From an uncultured Lachnospiraceae bacterium (GTDB lineage: Bacteria; Bacillota; Clostridia; Lachnospirales; Lachnospiraceae), in assembly GCA_945609985.1 (NCBI GenBank), contig CALYZQ010000002.1, positions 7,657 through 71,656 of the forward strand: 64,000 nt of DNA, read 5' to 3'. Shown here piece after piece: positions 21,646 through 32,027 of this stretch. A program made the translations under genes and the position numbers. The notes beneath the pieces are model-generated. The model was not told the origin of the DNA, made no database searches, and saw only the letters and a program-made list of their open reading frames with translations. Each line of letters begins with the position of its first letter. The stretch's first letter is position 1.

Positions 21646-23052
21646 ATGATATTTTCCAGCATACCTTTTTTATACTATTTTTTACCTGTGGTACTGCTCT
21701 TGTATTTCCTGGTACCTAAACGACTTAAGAATTTAGTATTGCTACTCTCCAGCTTGTTTTTCTATGGCTGGGGAGAGCCCAAGTATGTTGTTATCATGGT
21801 GATATCCATTGTTGTCGGATTTGTTTTAGGACACCTTATTGAGGTCTTTCGCGGGAAAGGCCTTTCTAAGGTGTTTTTAATCTTATCCGTTATATCCGCA
21901 ATTTGCATGCTGGGTTACTTTAAATATATGGATTTCTTTATCACCAATATCAATGCCGTAACAGGACTGTCTCTGCCTCTATTAAAGATTACCCTTCCAA
22001 TCGGCATCAGTTTTTATCTGTTTCAGATATTAAGCTACACTGTCGATGTATACCGCGGCACTGTTCCCGCGCAGAAAAATATCATTCATTTTGGTGCATA
22101 TGTTTCCTGCTTTCCTCAGCTGATTGCCGGCCCAATAGTAAGATATTCAGACATTGCAGAACAGCTTTCTTCACGCACTCATACCTTTGAAAAGACCGCT
22201 TACGGAATCCGCAGATTTATCATGGGTCTTTCCAAAAAAGTATTACTTGCCAATGCGCTCGGTGAACTTTGTGATATCTTCAGGGCATCCGATGATAAAT
22301 CCGTACTGTTCTACTGGCTCTATGCAATAAGCTTTACCTTACACATTTACTTTGACTTTTCCGGATATAGCGATATGGCTATCGGTCTGGGTAAAATATT
22401 CGGTTTTGACTTTATCGAAAACTTTAACCACCCTTACATTTCCAAAAGCATTACAGAATTTTGGAGACGCTGGCATATATCCTTGGGTTCCTGGTTCCGC
22501 GATTATGTGTATATCCCTCTTGGCGGTAACCGCGTATCCAAGGGCAGATGGTTTTTAAATATACTGACTGTATGGATGCTCACCGGCTTCTGGCACGGTG
22601 CATCCTGGAATTTTATTGTATGGGGATTACTATATGCAGCATTTTTGGTACTTGAAAAACTTTTCCTTGGCAAATATCTGAAAAATTCTAAAGTGTGGTG
22701 CCACATTTATGTAATGTTCATTGTTTGCTTTGGCTTTGTCATCTTTAACGCCACCAACTTAGGAGAAGCACTGCAATATTTTGGTGCAATGTTTGGTGCC
22801 GGTTCAGTACCTTTTGTATCAACAGAATTTACCTACTATCTCGGAAGCTTTGGTTTTATATTACTGCTTTCCATTGCGGGAAGCACACCGCTGCCAATGA
22901 TTCTTACTAAAAAAATTTCCGGGATTAAAAATGGCATGGGTGAACGCATCTTAAATATTGCAGAACCCATTATTTCCGTGATACTGTTATTACTTGTAAC
23001 TGCTTATCTTGTGGACGGTTCCTTTAATCCGTTTTTGTATTTCCGCTTTTAG
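21646..23052 (+). CDS. MBOAT family O-acyltransferase (AlgI-like)
   Basis: LPIGISFY, FPQLIAGPIVRY, YFDFSGYSD, FWRRWHISL, GFWHGA, FLYFRF. Confidence 0.95.
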   Translation: MIFSSIPFLYYFLPVVLLLYFLVPKRLKNLVLLLSSLFFYGWGEPKYVVIMVISIVVGFVLGHLIEVFRGKGLSKVFLILSVISAICMLGYFKYMDFFITNINAVTGLSLPLLKITLPIGISFYLFQILSYTVDVYRGTVPAQKNIIHFGAYVSCFPQLIAGPIVRYSDIAEQLSSRTHTFEKTAYGIRRFIMGLSKKVLLANALGELCDIFRASDDKSVLFYWLYAISFTLHIYFDFSGYSDMAIGLGKIFGFDFIENFNHPYISKSITEFWRRWHISLGSWFRDYVYIPLGGNRVSKGRWFLNILTVWMLTGFWHGASWNFIVWGLLYAAFLVLEKLFLGKYLKNSKVWCHIYVMFIVCFGFVIFNATNLGEALQYFGAMFGAGSVPFVSTEFTYYLGSFGFILLLSIAGSTPLPMILTKKISGIKNGMGERILNIAEPIISVILLLLVTAYLVDGSFNPFLYFRF

Positions 23053-23055
23053 GAG

Positions 23056-24171
23056 GTGAATGCTATGAATCAGACAATCAAAAATAAAATCATGGTATTT
23101 GGTATGGCTGCAATACTTGGCATTATCTCCTTATTTTGCTGGTTCAAGCCGCATACCGATTACTCATACAGCGAACGTCGCGTACTTGCTAAGTTCCCTT
23201 CCCTTACCTTAGATACTGTAACAAACGGTAAATTTATGAGTGAATTTGAAACCTATACCTTAGACCAGTTTCCCCTACGTGACACCTTCAGGGGATTAAA
23301 AAGCTTCTCTTCTCTCTATCTTATGGGACAGTCTGATGTAAATGATTTGACCATTACAAATGGCTATGTAGCAAAAAATGAATATCCTGCCAATGAAGCC
23401 ATGCTTGAGAATGCGGGAAAGAAATTCCGCTATCTTTATGATACGTATATGAAGGACAGTAATGTGAATTTATACTTTTCCATAGTCCCTGACAAAAACT
23501 ACTATACTTCCATCAAATCAGGCAGCTTAGCCATGGACTACGAAATGCTTGTGGATACCATGACAAAACAAACAGACTATATGAAATATATTGATTTGTT
23601 TCAGGTACTGAGCATTCGTGATTATTATCGCACCGACACTCATTGGAAGCAGGAAAATCTTGTACCTGTTGCCATAGTTCTGTCAGATGTTATGGGTGTG
23701 GAAACCTCTATGAATTATACAAAAACACAGCTGGAAGAACCATTTTACGGTGTATATTACGGTCAGTTGGCATTGCCCCTTTCTCCCGATACCATCACCT
23801 ATCTAACGAACGAAATTGTGGAGTCATGCATAGTTACAGACTATAACAGCGGCAAACCAGTTACCATACCCATGTATGATTTATCCCAGGCTACTGCCAA
23901 GGACCCTTATGAATTATTTGTAGGTGGAAATACTCCACTGGTTACCATTGAAAATCCTCTTGCAACAACTGATAAGGAGCTGGTTATCTTCCGAGATTCC
24001 TTTACAAGCTCTTTAGCACCGCTTCTTGCAACCGGATACTCCAAGGTAACTCTGGTGGACATCCGCTATATCAACTCCGGTATGCTTGGAAATTTTATTG
24101 AGTTTGACAATCAAGATGTACTGTTCTTATACAGTACACTGGTGTTGAATTCAAGTACCATACTAAAATAA
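23056..24171 (+). CDS. DHHW-family (AlgJ/AlgX-like) acetyltransferase partner
   Basis: ERRVLAKFP, DQFPLRD, YYRTDTHW, IFRDSF, VDIRY. Confidence 0.85.
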   Translation: MNAMNQTIKNKIMVFGMAAILGIISLFCWFKPHTDYSYSERRVLAKFPSLTLDTVTNGKFMSEFETYTLDQFPLRDTFRGLKSFSSLYLMGQSDVNDLTITNGYVAKNEYPANEAMLENAGKKFRYLYDTYMKDSNVNLYFSIVPDKNYYTSIKSGSLAMDYEMLVDTMTKQTDYMKYIDLFQVLSIRDYYRTDTHWKQENLVPVAIVLSDVMGVETSMNYTKTQLEEPFYGVYYGQLALPLSPDTITYLTNEIVESCIVTDYNSGKPVTIPMYDLSQATAKDPYELFVGGNTPLVTIENPLATTDKELVIFRDSFTSSLAPLLATGYSKVTLVDIRYINSGMLGNFIEFDNQDVLFLYSTLVLNSSTILK

Positions 24172-24191
24172 TATGTGGATGTGTATGCATA

Positions 24192-24287
24192 GTACCGCCC
24201 CTGATAGGAAAACCACCTGTGCTCTGAGGCTCATAGGAATGTACGGCGCATCTGAGACACACGGTAGTTTCCTATCAGGGGCGGTAC
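24192..24287. repeat. Palindromic intergenic element related to 13398-13559; may also act as bidirectional terminator
   Basis: 20-bp perfect IR gtaccgcccctgataggaaa / tttcctatcaggggcggtac; internal 40 nt match 13495-13534 at 33/40. Confidence 0.75.
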
Positions 24288-24312
24288 CTTCACAAACATA
24301 CACACCTACATT

Positions 24313-25407
24313 TTATTTTTGTCCGGATGCAATCTTCTCGAATGTTTTGCGTTCTTTTGTGAAACATTTCAAAATCTTGGGTGAGAATACGCCGCACTCA
24401 CCATCTACAATCATGCGGAAGGCTTCACTTTTTGAAAATGCTGCTTTGTATACTCTCTCATTAACAAGTGCATCGTACACATCTGCAACGGATACAATCT
24501 GTGCGGATATCGGAATGTCATCTCCTGCCAGTCCTTCGGGATATCCTTTTCCATCATATCTTTCATGATGATACTTACAGATTTCATAGCTTGTCCTATG
24601 ATATTCTTCATCCCACAGATTCTCAACTCCCTGCAGGATTTCAGCACCCTTTGCAGAATGCTTCTTCATAATATCAAATTCCTCTTTAGTGAGTTTTCCG
24701 GGCTTTAACAATATTTCATCCGGCACCATAATTTTACCAACATCATGAAGCGCACTGGCAGAAGTAATGACATCTATCCGTTCAGGCGTAAGACCATATT
24801 CAGGGAATTCCTTGGCAACTCTCTCTGCCAACACCCTTGTATACTCTTTCACTCTGTCAATATGCTCACCGCTGTCATAATCACGGTATTCCACAACTGC
24901 ACCCAGAACATCTATAATACCAATATTGGTCTTCCGAAGCCTTTCTGCCTGATCCTGCAGCTGTTTATATTGCTTTTTCAATATATCTGTCTGTTCTTCA
25001 ACAGTCTGCTCCAGCTCATTTTTATAACGGAACAAACTGACTACATTCTCCACACGCTTTCTGACAATGGAATTATCAAACGGTTTTAAAATAAAATCCG
25101 ATATCTCATAATCAAAGCATTTTTTCTCGGCCTGGACAGAATTTACCGCTGTAATAATCAAAACAGGAATCTTCTTTATGTACTCCTTTTGCTTCATTAC
25201 CTCCAGCACGGCAAAGCCATCGACATTGGGCATAACCAAATCCAAAAGAACAACAGCTATTCTCTGTTCATTCTCATATAGAATATCAAGAGCTTCTTTA
25301 CCATCTTCCGCAGTCATTATCAGGTAATCCTGTTCCAAAATCTCTGATAAAATCTCTCTGTTTACTCTTACGTCATCTACAATCAATACAGTATCACGCA
25401 TAAACAT
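24313..25407 (-). CDS. Response regulator with HD-GYP domain (RpfG-like)
   Basis: REC (LIVDD, DLVMP, KP) plus LHDVGK, HHERYDGKGYP. Confidence 0.92.
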   Translation of the reverse strand: MFMRDTVLIVDDVRVNREILSEILEQDYLIMTAEDGKEALDILYENEQRIAVVLLDLVMPNVDGFAVLEVMKQKEYIKKIPVLIITAVNSVQAEKKCFDYEISDFILKPFDNSIVRKRVENVVSLFRYKNELEQTVEEQTDILKKQYKQLQDQAERLRKTNIGIIDVLGAVVEYRDYDSGEHIDRVKEYTRVLAERVAKEFPEYGLTPERIDVITSASALHDVGKIMVPDEILLKPGKLTKEEFDIMKKHSAKGAEILQGVENLWDEEYHRTSYEICKYHHERYDGKGYPEGLAGDDIPISAQIVSVADVYDALVNERVYKAAFSKSEAFRMIVDGECGVFSPKILKCFTKERKTFEKIASGQK

Positions 25408-25488
25408 CAGACCTTTCTGTGAATATATGTATTTATTTTATAATAACACATAATTCCACAGATTTTCAGCAAATTTCCGATAAATCTT

Positions 25489-26298
25489 CTATTCTCTTTC
25501 ACTCTCCTTATACTCATTGATATAGGCACCTATCATCATGATATAAATACAAAAGTATAACCAAATCATAGTAATTACAATTAACGCAAGGCTTCCATAA
25601 ATTGTATAATCTGCTAATTCCACATACATGGAAAATCCCCATGAAAACACACTCCAAACTACTGCTGTAAATATAGCTCCGGGCATCTGTGCTTTAAATT
25701 TCTGCTTTTTGTTGGGCACATATGCATAAATTGCGGCAAAAATGACTATCAGGAAAAGCCAGATAAACATAAATCTGAAATTCACAAGCACTGATACGAC
25801 ACTCTGTATTGAAGGTATGCGTTCTGTCAGTACACTTAACAGGGCATCTCCAAAAACCATCAAAACTAACGATATCATTACTACAAAAAGCATCACAATC
25901 GTGTAAAATGAAGCAATGAGACGCACAAGGAAATAATTTCTCTGCTCTTCCACTCCATCCACTGCATTTAGTCCCCTCATAAGAGCCAGCATACCTTTTC
26001 CGGCAGACCATATCGTCGCAATCAGTGCAATCGGCAGTATTCCTGCTGATTTATCGTACACCTGTGCAATAACTGATTCCAAAAGCGGTGAAATCATTGA
26101 AGGAGTAATTTCTCTGACGGCTCTAACCAAATTTTCTTCCGTCAGCGGTGTATAGGGTATCATCGTGCACAGTACCATCACGAAAGGTACTATCGACAGG
26201 AAAAAGAAAAAAGCCGTACTCGCCGAATGGGCGCTGATATCATTTCGCCTCATCTGAGATGCAAATGTCTTTATCTTACTATAATACTCTTTTATCAC
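25489..26298 (-). CDS. YihY/virulence factor BrkB family membrane protein
   Basis: AFFFFLSIVPF, IWSAGKG, YAYVPN, PGAIF, IYGSL, IGAYIN. Confidence 0.9.
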   Translation of the reverse strand: MIKEYYSKIKTFASQMRRNDISAHSASTAFFFFLSIVPFVMVLCTMIPYTPLTEENLVRAVREITPSMISPLLESVIAQVYDKSAGILPIALIATIWSAGKGMLALMRGLNAVDGVEEQRNYFLVRLIASFYTIVMLFVVMISLVLMVFGDALLSVLTERIPSIQSVVSVLVNFRFMFIWLFLIVIFAAIYAYVPNKKQKFKAQMPGAIFTAVVWSVFSWGFSMYVELADYTIYGSLALIVITMIWLYFCIYIMMIGAYINEYKESERE

Positions 26299-26333
26299 TG
26301 TACATCACTCCTTCCCTCAGATACATTCTGTTA

Positions 26334-28289
26334 TCAATTCTGTATATATATAGAATTAATTGTACACCCGTCATAAAAATATCTCAAAATCTGTGTTGCC
26401 GTATAACCGCTTTCCGCCATTGCTTTTGCGCCATTCTGGCTCATTCCCACACCATGTCCGTAACCGCCACCGGTGATTGTATATCCGACTACACTGTCCT
26501 TTTCCTTTACAATAGATAATACAAAGAAGGCACTTGGCAGAAGCGATTTGGATGACACTTCACTTCCGTCCTGTCTGATTACCTTACTCACTCCGTCGTT
26601 CAATACAACCCTTATGTTATACTGTGAAATGACCTTGTAAGTACCCTTATTGGTCTCAATAATCAATTCATCCGTATATCCGCCGTTTCCCCGCTTCGCA
26701 ACATAGATATCTTCTATTCTGCTAAATTCCTTAATATCTGCTTTAACAAAGGAATCCGATTTCAGCGTAAGGATCTGTGAGGGATTTGATTTATAGCAGC
26801 TCTTAAGAGCCTTGTACACCGTCGCTACATCCAACTTTTTTACTCTGTAATTCCAACGGTACCAGCTTTCTGCAACTTCAAAATCCTCTGCATCTTTACC
26901 GGATATAAATGTTTTGAAGTTCTCTTCCTCCTGCATAGACTCACCGCCTTCAATCGTCTGCTCACTTCCATCATCGGCACTTAATGCCGTAACTGTACTT
27001 TCCATACTCTCATGATTCAACCGCTTGGACTTCAGATAAGTAAGAGCCATAGCCGCATCACTTTTCCACACATTAACATCACTGCCCATTCCGCAGGAGG
27101 TAGAATAATAATAGGTCTCCGCCACTCCACCTTCCGGTGTAATTAACAACTGACCATATGTTTCCTTTACAGCAGTAGTACTTCTTTCTCGCTCATTGGT
27201 ATTATTATACACCTGATAAGTGGTACTGTCATCCACATGTGCACCATACTTCGGATAACCTGCTACAAGCATTTTCCCGTAAGCATAGGTTCTTGCACAT
27301 ATCGCCTGCGACTTCAACGCTTCCATATGATAGGACACAGGCATTTCACTGGGTACCACACAGTAAAGATACTCCTCTAAAGGCAGCTGGTTGACAACCA
27401 CAATGCCGTCCTCTGTCTTTATCAGTTCCATATGTCCCCTGTATGCAGGCATTCCCTGACTTCTCTTAACATTTTCAAGGGTAATCTTTCCGGTCAGAGC
27501 TTTTGGGGAAACTATAATTCTGTCACCTTCAAAATAATTACTGTTTTCCTCAAGGAGTAACCTCTCCCCCGCTGTAAGTTCTACGCTCTTTTTGTCATTA
27601 TCAGGACCGTAGTCTACCAGCAAATCACAATCGCCCGAAAGGATTACCTCATCATGATACAATCCTGCATAATCAGATGTTTTTATCAAAACACGTATTT
27701 GTTCCATAGCCTGCTCTCTGGCCAAAAGAATTCCGCATATTTTACCGTTTTCCAGAACAAAATCCGCGGATGCATATCCAAAGGATATATCCTTAAAGTC
27801 ACACATTTTTAAGCTTCCAAAGGTGCGATAACCTTTATAATTTTTGGCAAGGGGCACTTTACCATATCCCTCAAGTTCCACATAGGTTTCATCCGCACCA
27901 AGCACCACACCCGATATCTTATCCGTTTTACGGATAACGCTCTCCACTTCGCCATCCTTTAATGTAATATCCGCAATCTGTTCCCTGTAGTTTTGAATTT
28001 TATCCCTGTCCGAATATTCCTTACAAAACTGTTATTTTTCCTGCTTACCGTCATGAAAAATTGTAATTCCGTCTTCATAAACGTCCATTACCCAAACATT
28101 TTTATAGGTTTCTACCACAGGTATATGTAACCACTTTAACTGTCCCTTTTTATTTTTTCCTCCGTTCTCTTCCCCCAAAAAGTTCTCACCTAAAAGTAAC
28201 AGCAACAATAATAATATTCCCAGCACACAAATCAATGTCTTTATTTGCATCCTCTGCGATTGTTTTAATTCTCCCCAATTCACATGCAT
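26334..28289 (-). pseudogene. SpoIID/LytB domain protein interrupted by in-frame TAA at 28032-28034
   Basis: DGKQEK*QFCKEYSDR..DGEVESV continues in frame into ORF 26334-27947 (LEEYLYCVVPSEM, EALKSQAICARTY, GHGVGMSQNGA). Confidence 0.82.
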
Positions 28290-28314
28290 ATCTCCCTTTC
28301 ATATCGTTACATGC

Positions 28315-28343
28315 AAAAAGAGCAGCCAATCAGGCTGCCCTTT
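28315..28343 (-). terminator. Intrinsic terminator after 6S RNA
   Basis: aaagggcagcc / ggctgctcttt stem followed by T-run on minus strand. Confidence 0.7.
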
Positions 28344-28361
28344 ATCTTTCGTAATATTCAT

Positions 28362-28558
28362 ATATATGCCCAAAATGCCGCCCCTTGTTTTTTGACTCCT
28401 AGCTATGCTAGGTGGGTGACCGCAACCAACCTTTTGCCTTCCCTTGCGATCCTACAGCAAGCTGTAGTGAGGGCCTGACAGCCACTTGGCAATATAGGAA
28501 TCCCGTTTAAAGTAAATGTAGGTTCAAAATTAACAAGAGTTATCGTGCATCTCAGGTT
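28362..28558 (-). ncRNA. ssrS: 6S RNA
   Basis: Minus strand CCTGAGATG..TTGAACC..CCCACCT..CGGCATTTTGGG with pairing ends; own TTGTAT-N17-TATAAT promoter and terminator; ~195 nt. Confidence 0.82.
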
Positions 28559-28611
28559 ACTATTATTATATCTGATTTGTCCTCATAATACAACTGAAAT
28601 TTTTGGAAAAG

Positions 28612-29571
28612 TTATTTTGAAAGATAATTTTCACCACAACGGATTAACAGTTCTTCCCAACGCTTATCCACTTCTTCCTGGAACTGTGCAATGAGGTGCT
28701 CATTGCCGGGCTTAAACAGATGCTTAAAGCGTCCCTGCTTCTTTAAGAAGTCCTCTAAAGGCAGCTTTTTCTTGGGCTTGTAGCTTAATATCCACTTGCC
28801 GTCGATTACCTCGAATAAAGGCCAATAGCAGGTTTCCACAGCCAGCTTACAGATATCGATAATATCCGGTGTATCATACTTCCAGCCTCTGGGGCATGGA
28901 GCAAGTATGTTTAAGAAAGCTGCACCCGGAGTATAGATAGCCTTTTCAGCCTTTAAGTACAAATCTCTCATATTGCTGATAAAGGTAGTCTGTGCCACAT
29001 AAGGTACATTGTGAGCTGCAATAATGGAAGCCAAATCCTTTCTGCTCTGCATCTTACCATCAGACTCTTTACCGCTGGGTGTCGTGGTTGTATCTGCAAA
29101 CATGGGGGTTGCAGAAGAACGTTGTACACCGGTGTTCATGTACGCACCATTGTCGTAGCATACATATACCATGTCATGACCTCTCTCCATTGCACCGGAA
29201 AGAGACTGGAAACCGATATCATAGGTACCGCCGTCACCACCGAAGGTGATGAACTTATACTCATCACTGATTTTACCACGCTTCTTAAGTGCTTTATAAG
29301 CAGTCTCAACACCGGAAAGTGTTGCTCCCGCATTTTCAAAAGCATTGTGAATATAGCTATCCTCATACGCAGTATAAGGATACATAAAGGAAGATACCTC
29401 AAGACAGCCGGTTGCATTACCGATAACCGCCTTGTCCCCGGGATGAAGTGCCTTTAACACGTTACGAACTGCAATGGTACCACCGCAGCCTGCACACATT
29501 CTGTGTCCCGGAGCCAATCTTTCCTCTCTCGCCTGTATTTCTTTAAAATTAAATGTATTTTTCTGTTCCAT
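28612..29571 (-). CDS. porB: Pyruvate:ferredoxin oxidoreductase beta subunit (TPP-binding)
   Basis: CAGCG, GGDGGTYDIG, YDNGAYMNTG, PCPRGW. Confidence 0.93.
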   Translation of the reverse strand: MEQKNTFNFKEIQAREERLAPGHRMCAGCGGTIAVRNVLKALHPGDKAVIGNATGCLEVSSFMYPYTAYEDSYIHNAFENAGATLSGVETAYKALKKRGKISDEYKFITFGGDGGTYDIGFQSLSGAMERGHDMVYVCYDNGAYMNTGVQRSSATPMFADTTTTPSGKESDGKMQSRKDLASIIAAHNVPYVAQTTFISNMRDLYLKAEKAIYTPGAAFLNILAPCPRGWKYDTPDIIDICKLAVETCYWPLFEVIDGKWILSYKPKKKLPLEDFLKKQGRFKHLFKPGNEHLIAQFQEEVDKRWEELLIRCGENYLSK

Positions 29572-29586
29572 GAATGTCTCCCTCTC

Positions 29587-30774
29587 TTATTCTGCGCTAC
29601 GAAGACCCAAATAAGGATATTCACCAAACAAATCTTCACCTGCAGCCAGTGTTTGAAGCTTGTCATACACATCTTCTACATCGGAGGTCTTCACATCTCT
29701 TCCGGACAAACCGTAAATGATATTCACGGTCTCTGCAGTGGATTTCGCACGATATAAAGCTGCCGTAAGTTCAGCGCCCAAAGGACCTCCCACAGAGTTA
29801 TAGCCTTCACAACGATCCATAATGGCAATCGCCTTACAGCTCTTTAACGCCTCTGCCATCTCCTCGCCGGGGAAGGGTCTGAATACACGAACCTTCAAAA
29901 GACCTACCTTCTTGCCCTCACTGCGCATCTTGTCAATGGCATCCTTAATGGTACCGCACACGGAACCGATAGCCACGATTGCATACTCTGCATCCTCAAG
30001 CTGATATTCCTCGAAAAAGCCGTAGCTTCTGCCGGAAATTGCCTCAAATTCCTTTGCCACATCCAGAATTACTTTCTTTGCGTTTCGCATACCCTCTGCC
30101 TGGGCTCTCTTTGCCTCCATACAGTAGCTGGAAATTGCATAGGGTCCAACAGACATCTTTTCCTGTGCATTCAAAAGATAATGCTCGGGCTCATAGGTGC
30201 CTACAAACTTCTTTACAGGCTCATCCTCAATCAAAGTAATATTTTCTACTGCATGACTGGTGATGAAACCGTCCTGACAAATCATAATGGGCAGCATAAC
30301 ATCCTTGTGCTCAGAAATACGGTATGCCTGAATAGTATTGTCATAAACCTCCTGATTGTTTTCAGCATAAATCTGAATCCAACCTGAGTCTCTTGCACCC
30401 ATACTGTCGGAGTGCTCCGCATTGATATTGATGGGGCCTGACAGAGCACGGTTTACTACCTCCATCATCAGAGGCAGCCGATTGGACGCCGCAACATACA
30501 AAACCTCCCACATAAGAGCAAGTCCACAGGAAGAGGTAGCTGTCAGGGTTCTTGCACCTGCTGCTTCTGCTCCGATTGCCGCACTCATGGAGCTGTGCTC
30601 ACTTTCCACAGGGATAAATTCCGTATCAATCTCACCGTTTGCAATCATAGTTGATACAAACTGAGGAATTTCCGTTGAAGGTGTAATAGGGAACGCCGGC
30701 ATTACATCCGGGTTAATCTGCTTAATTGCATGGGCAACTGCTTCATTTCCTGACATTCTTTCCTTGATAGCCAT
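29587..30774 (-). CDS. porA: Pyruvate:ferredoxin oxidoreductase alpha subunit
   Basis: GNEAVA, FPITPST, ESEHSS, QDGFITSH. Confidence 0.93.
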   Translation of the reverse strand: MAIKERMSGNEAVAHAIKQINPDVMPAFPITPSTEIPQFVSTMIANGEIDTEFIPVESEHSSMSAAIGAEAAGARTLTATSSCGLALMWEVLYVAASNRLPLMMEVVNRALSGPININAEHSDSMGARDSGWIQIYAENNQEVYDNTIQAYRISEHKDVMLPIMICQDGFITSHAVENITLIEDEPVKKFVGTYEPEHYLLNAQEKMSVGPYAISSYCMEAKRAQAEGMRNAKKVILDVAKEFEAISGRSYGFFEEYQLEDAEYAIVAIGSVCGTIKDAIDKMRSEGKKVGLLKVRVFRPFPGEEMAEALKSCKAIAIMDRCEGYNSVGGPLGAELTAALYRAKSTAETVNIIYGLSGRDVKTSDVEDVYDKLQTLAAGEDLFGEYPYLGLRSAE

Positions 30775-31077
30775 TTAATTGCCCTCCTTCATGGTAATTG
30801 CACCGAAAGGACATGCCTTCACACAGATACCGCAGCCCTTACAATGTGCATAATCAAATTCGCCTCTCTTATCTCCCTCTACCGGAATACAGGAGTCCGG
30901 ACAATAAGGTACGCAAAGAAGACACTGCTTACACTTCTCTTTATCGAATACGGGTGTAGAGGTTCTCCACTCACCTGTCTCAAAAAGCTTTGAGGTGGCA
31001 GCCTCGTGAATCTGTAAGCCTTCCGTTAAATCCTGCCAAACTGTTTTTTCGTTAATCTGTCCTGCCTTTAATGCCAT
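30775..31077 (-). CDS. porD: Pyruvate:ferredoxin oxidoreductase delta subunit (2x4Fe-4S)
   Basis: TGEWR, CKQCLLCVPYCP, CKGCGICVKACP. Confidence 0.92.
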   Translation of the reverse strand: MALKAGQINEKTVWQDLTEGLQIHEAATSKLFETGEWRTSTPVFDKEKCKQCLLCVPYCPDSCIPVEGDKRGEFDYAHCKGCGICVKACPFGAITMKEGN

Positions 31078-31649
31078 TAGTGCACCTCCTGAAAAGCCAT
31101 CTTAAGAGCCTTCATGTTGCCCTCCAAAACCTCAGGCTTTTTCGCAAATTTATGTTTCAGGGAATTCTCCATCTCCTGTAAAAATACCTCTTCCTCCATG
31201 AGATCGGATACCTTTACAATCGCTGCAAGCATGGGAGTATTGGGGAAATAAGCTCCCAAGGTCTCCATACATACCTTTCTTGCGTTGATGATAAACACCT
31301 TCCCTTTATAGCCGTTTAACAAAGGAATGATTTCTTCTTTATCCTTCAAAGTATTAATCAAAATCGCTCCGTCTTCTTTAAGACCATTGGTTACATCAAC
31401 CGTATGTAATAATGTCTCATCCACTACAACTACAAAATCGGGCTCATAAATATTGGAATGAACTCTGATAGGATTATCACTGATTCTATCGTAAGCAGTA
31501 ATCGGTGCACCCATTCTCTCAGGGCCGTACTCAGGGAATCCCTGAACATGCTTACCCATATTAAATGCCACATCAGCAAGCAACAAAGCTGCAGTCTTTG
31601 CGCCCTGTCCGCCTCTGCCGTGCCAACGGATTTCTGTTAAAGTTCTCAT
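31077..31649 (-). CDS. porC: Pyruvate:ferredoxin oxidoreductase gamma subunit
   Basis: EIRWHGRGGQG, YGPERMGAP; start at MRTL with AAAGGA RBS. Confidence 0.92.
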   Translation of the reverse strand: MRTLTEIRWHGRGGQGAKTAALLLADVAFNMGKHVQGFPEYGPERMGAPITAYDRISDNPIRVHSNIYEPDFVVVVDETLLHTVDVTNGLKEDGAILINTLKDKEEIIPLLNGYKGKVFIINARKVCMETLGAYFPNTPMLAAIVKVSDLMEEEVFLQEMENSLKHKFAKKPEVLEGNMKALKMAFQEVH

Positions 31650-32027
31650 TTTCTTTTTTCCTTTCCGGTAAAGTCTTTGTGTCGCGTACAAAATCTACAT
31701 TTCATTTTTATGAGGAAAACATATGTATTCTGCAAGCAGACACACCTTTTTTGAGTATACGATAAATGAGGCAAAATGTAAAGACTTGTAAAAGAAAAAG
31801 GAATAAATAGGTTTACGTAAGTAAGAATACTACCCCGTTCTTTTACGGGACGCTCTCGCTCGTATAAAAACATAGCGGTACAAAGCTTGCAAAATACGCA
31901 AGCTTTAGCCCGACGTTTTGTTTCCTTATGTATCTCCACAACCTCTGAGTTAATCACCAAATGAAGATAAAAACGGCAACAAAGATTTCTCTTTGCTGCC
32001 GTCATTCATCAAATTATTGTCTTAAAA

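Noticed and set aside
28284-28478. 64-aa plus-strand ORF
   Set aside because: Antisense to 6S RNA and its terminator.
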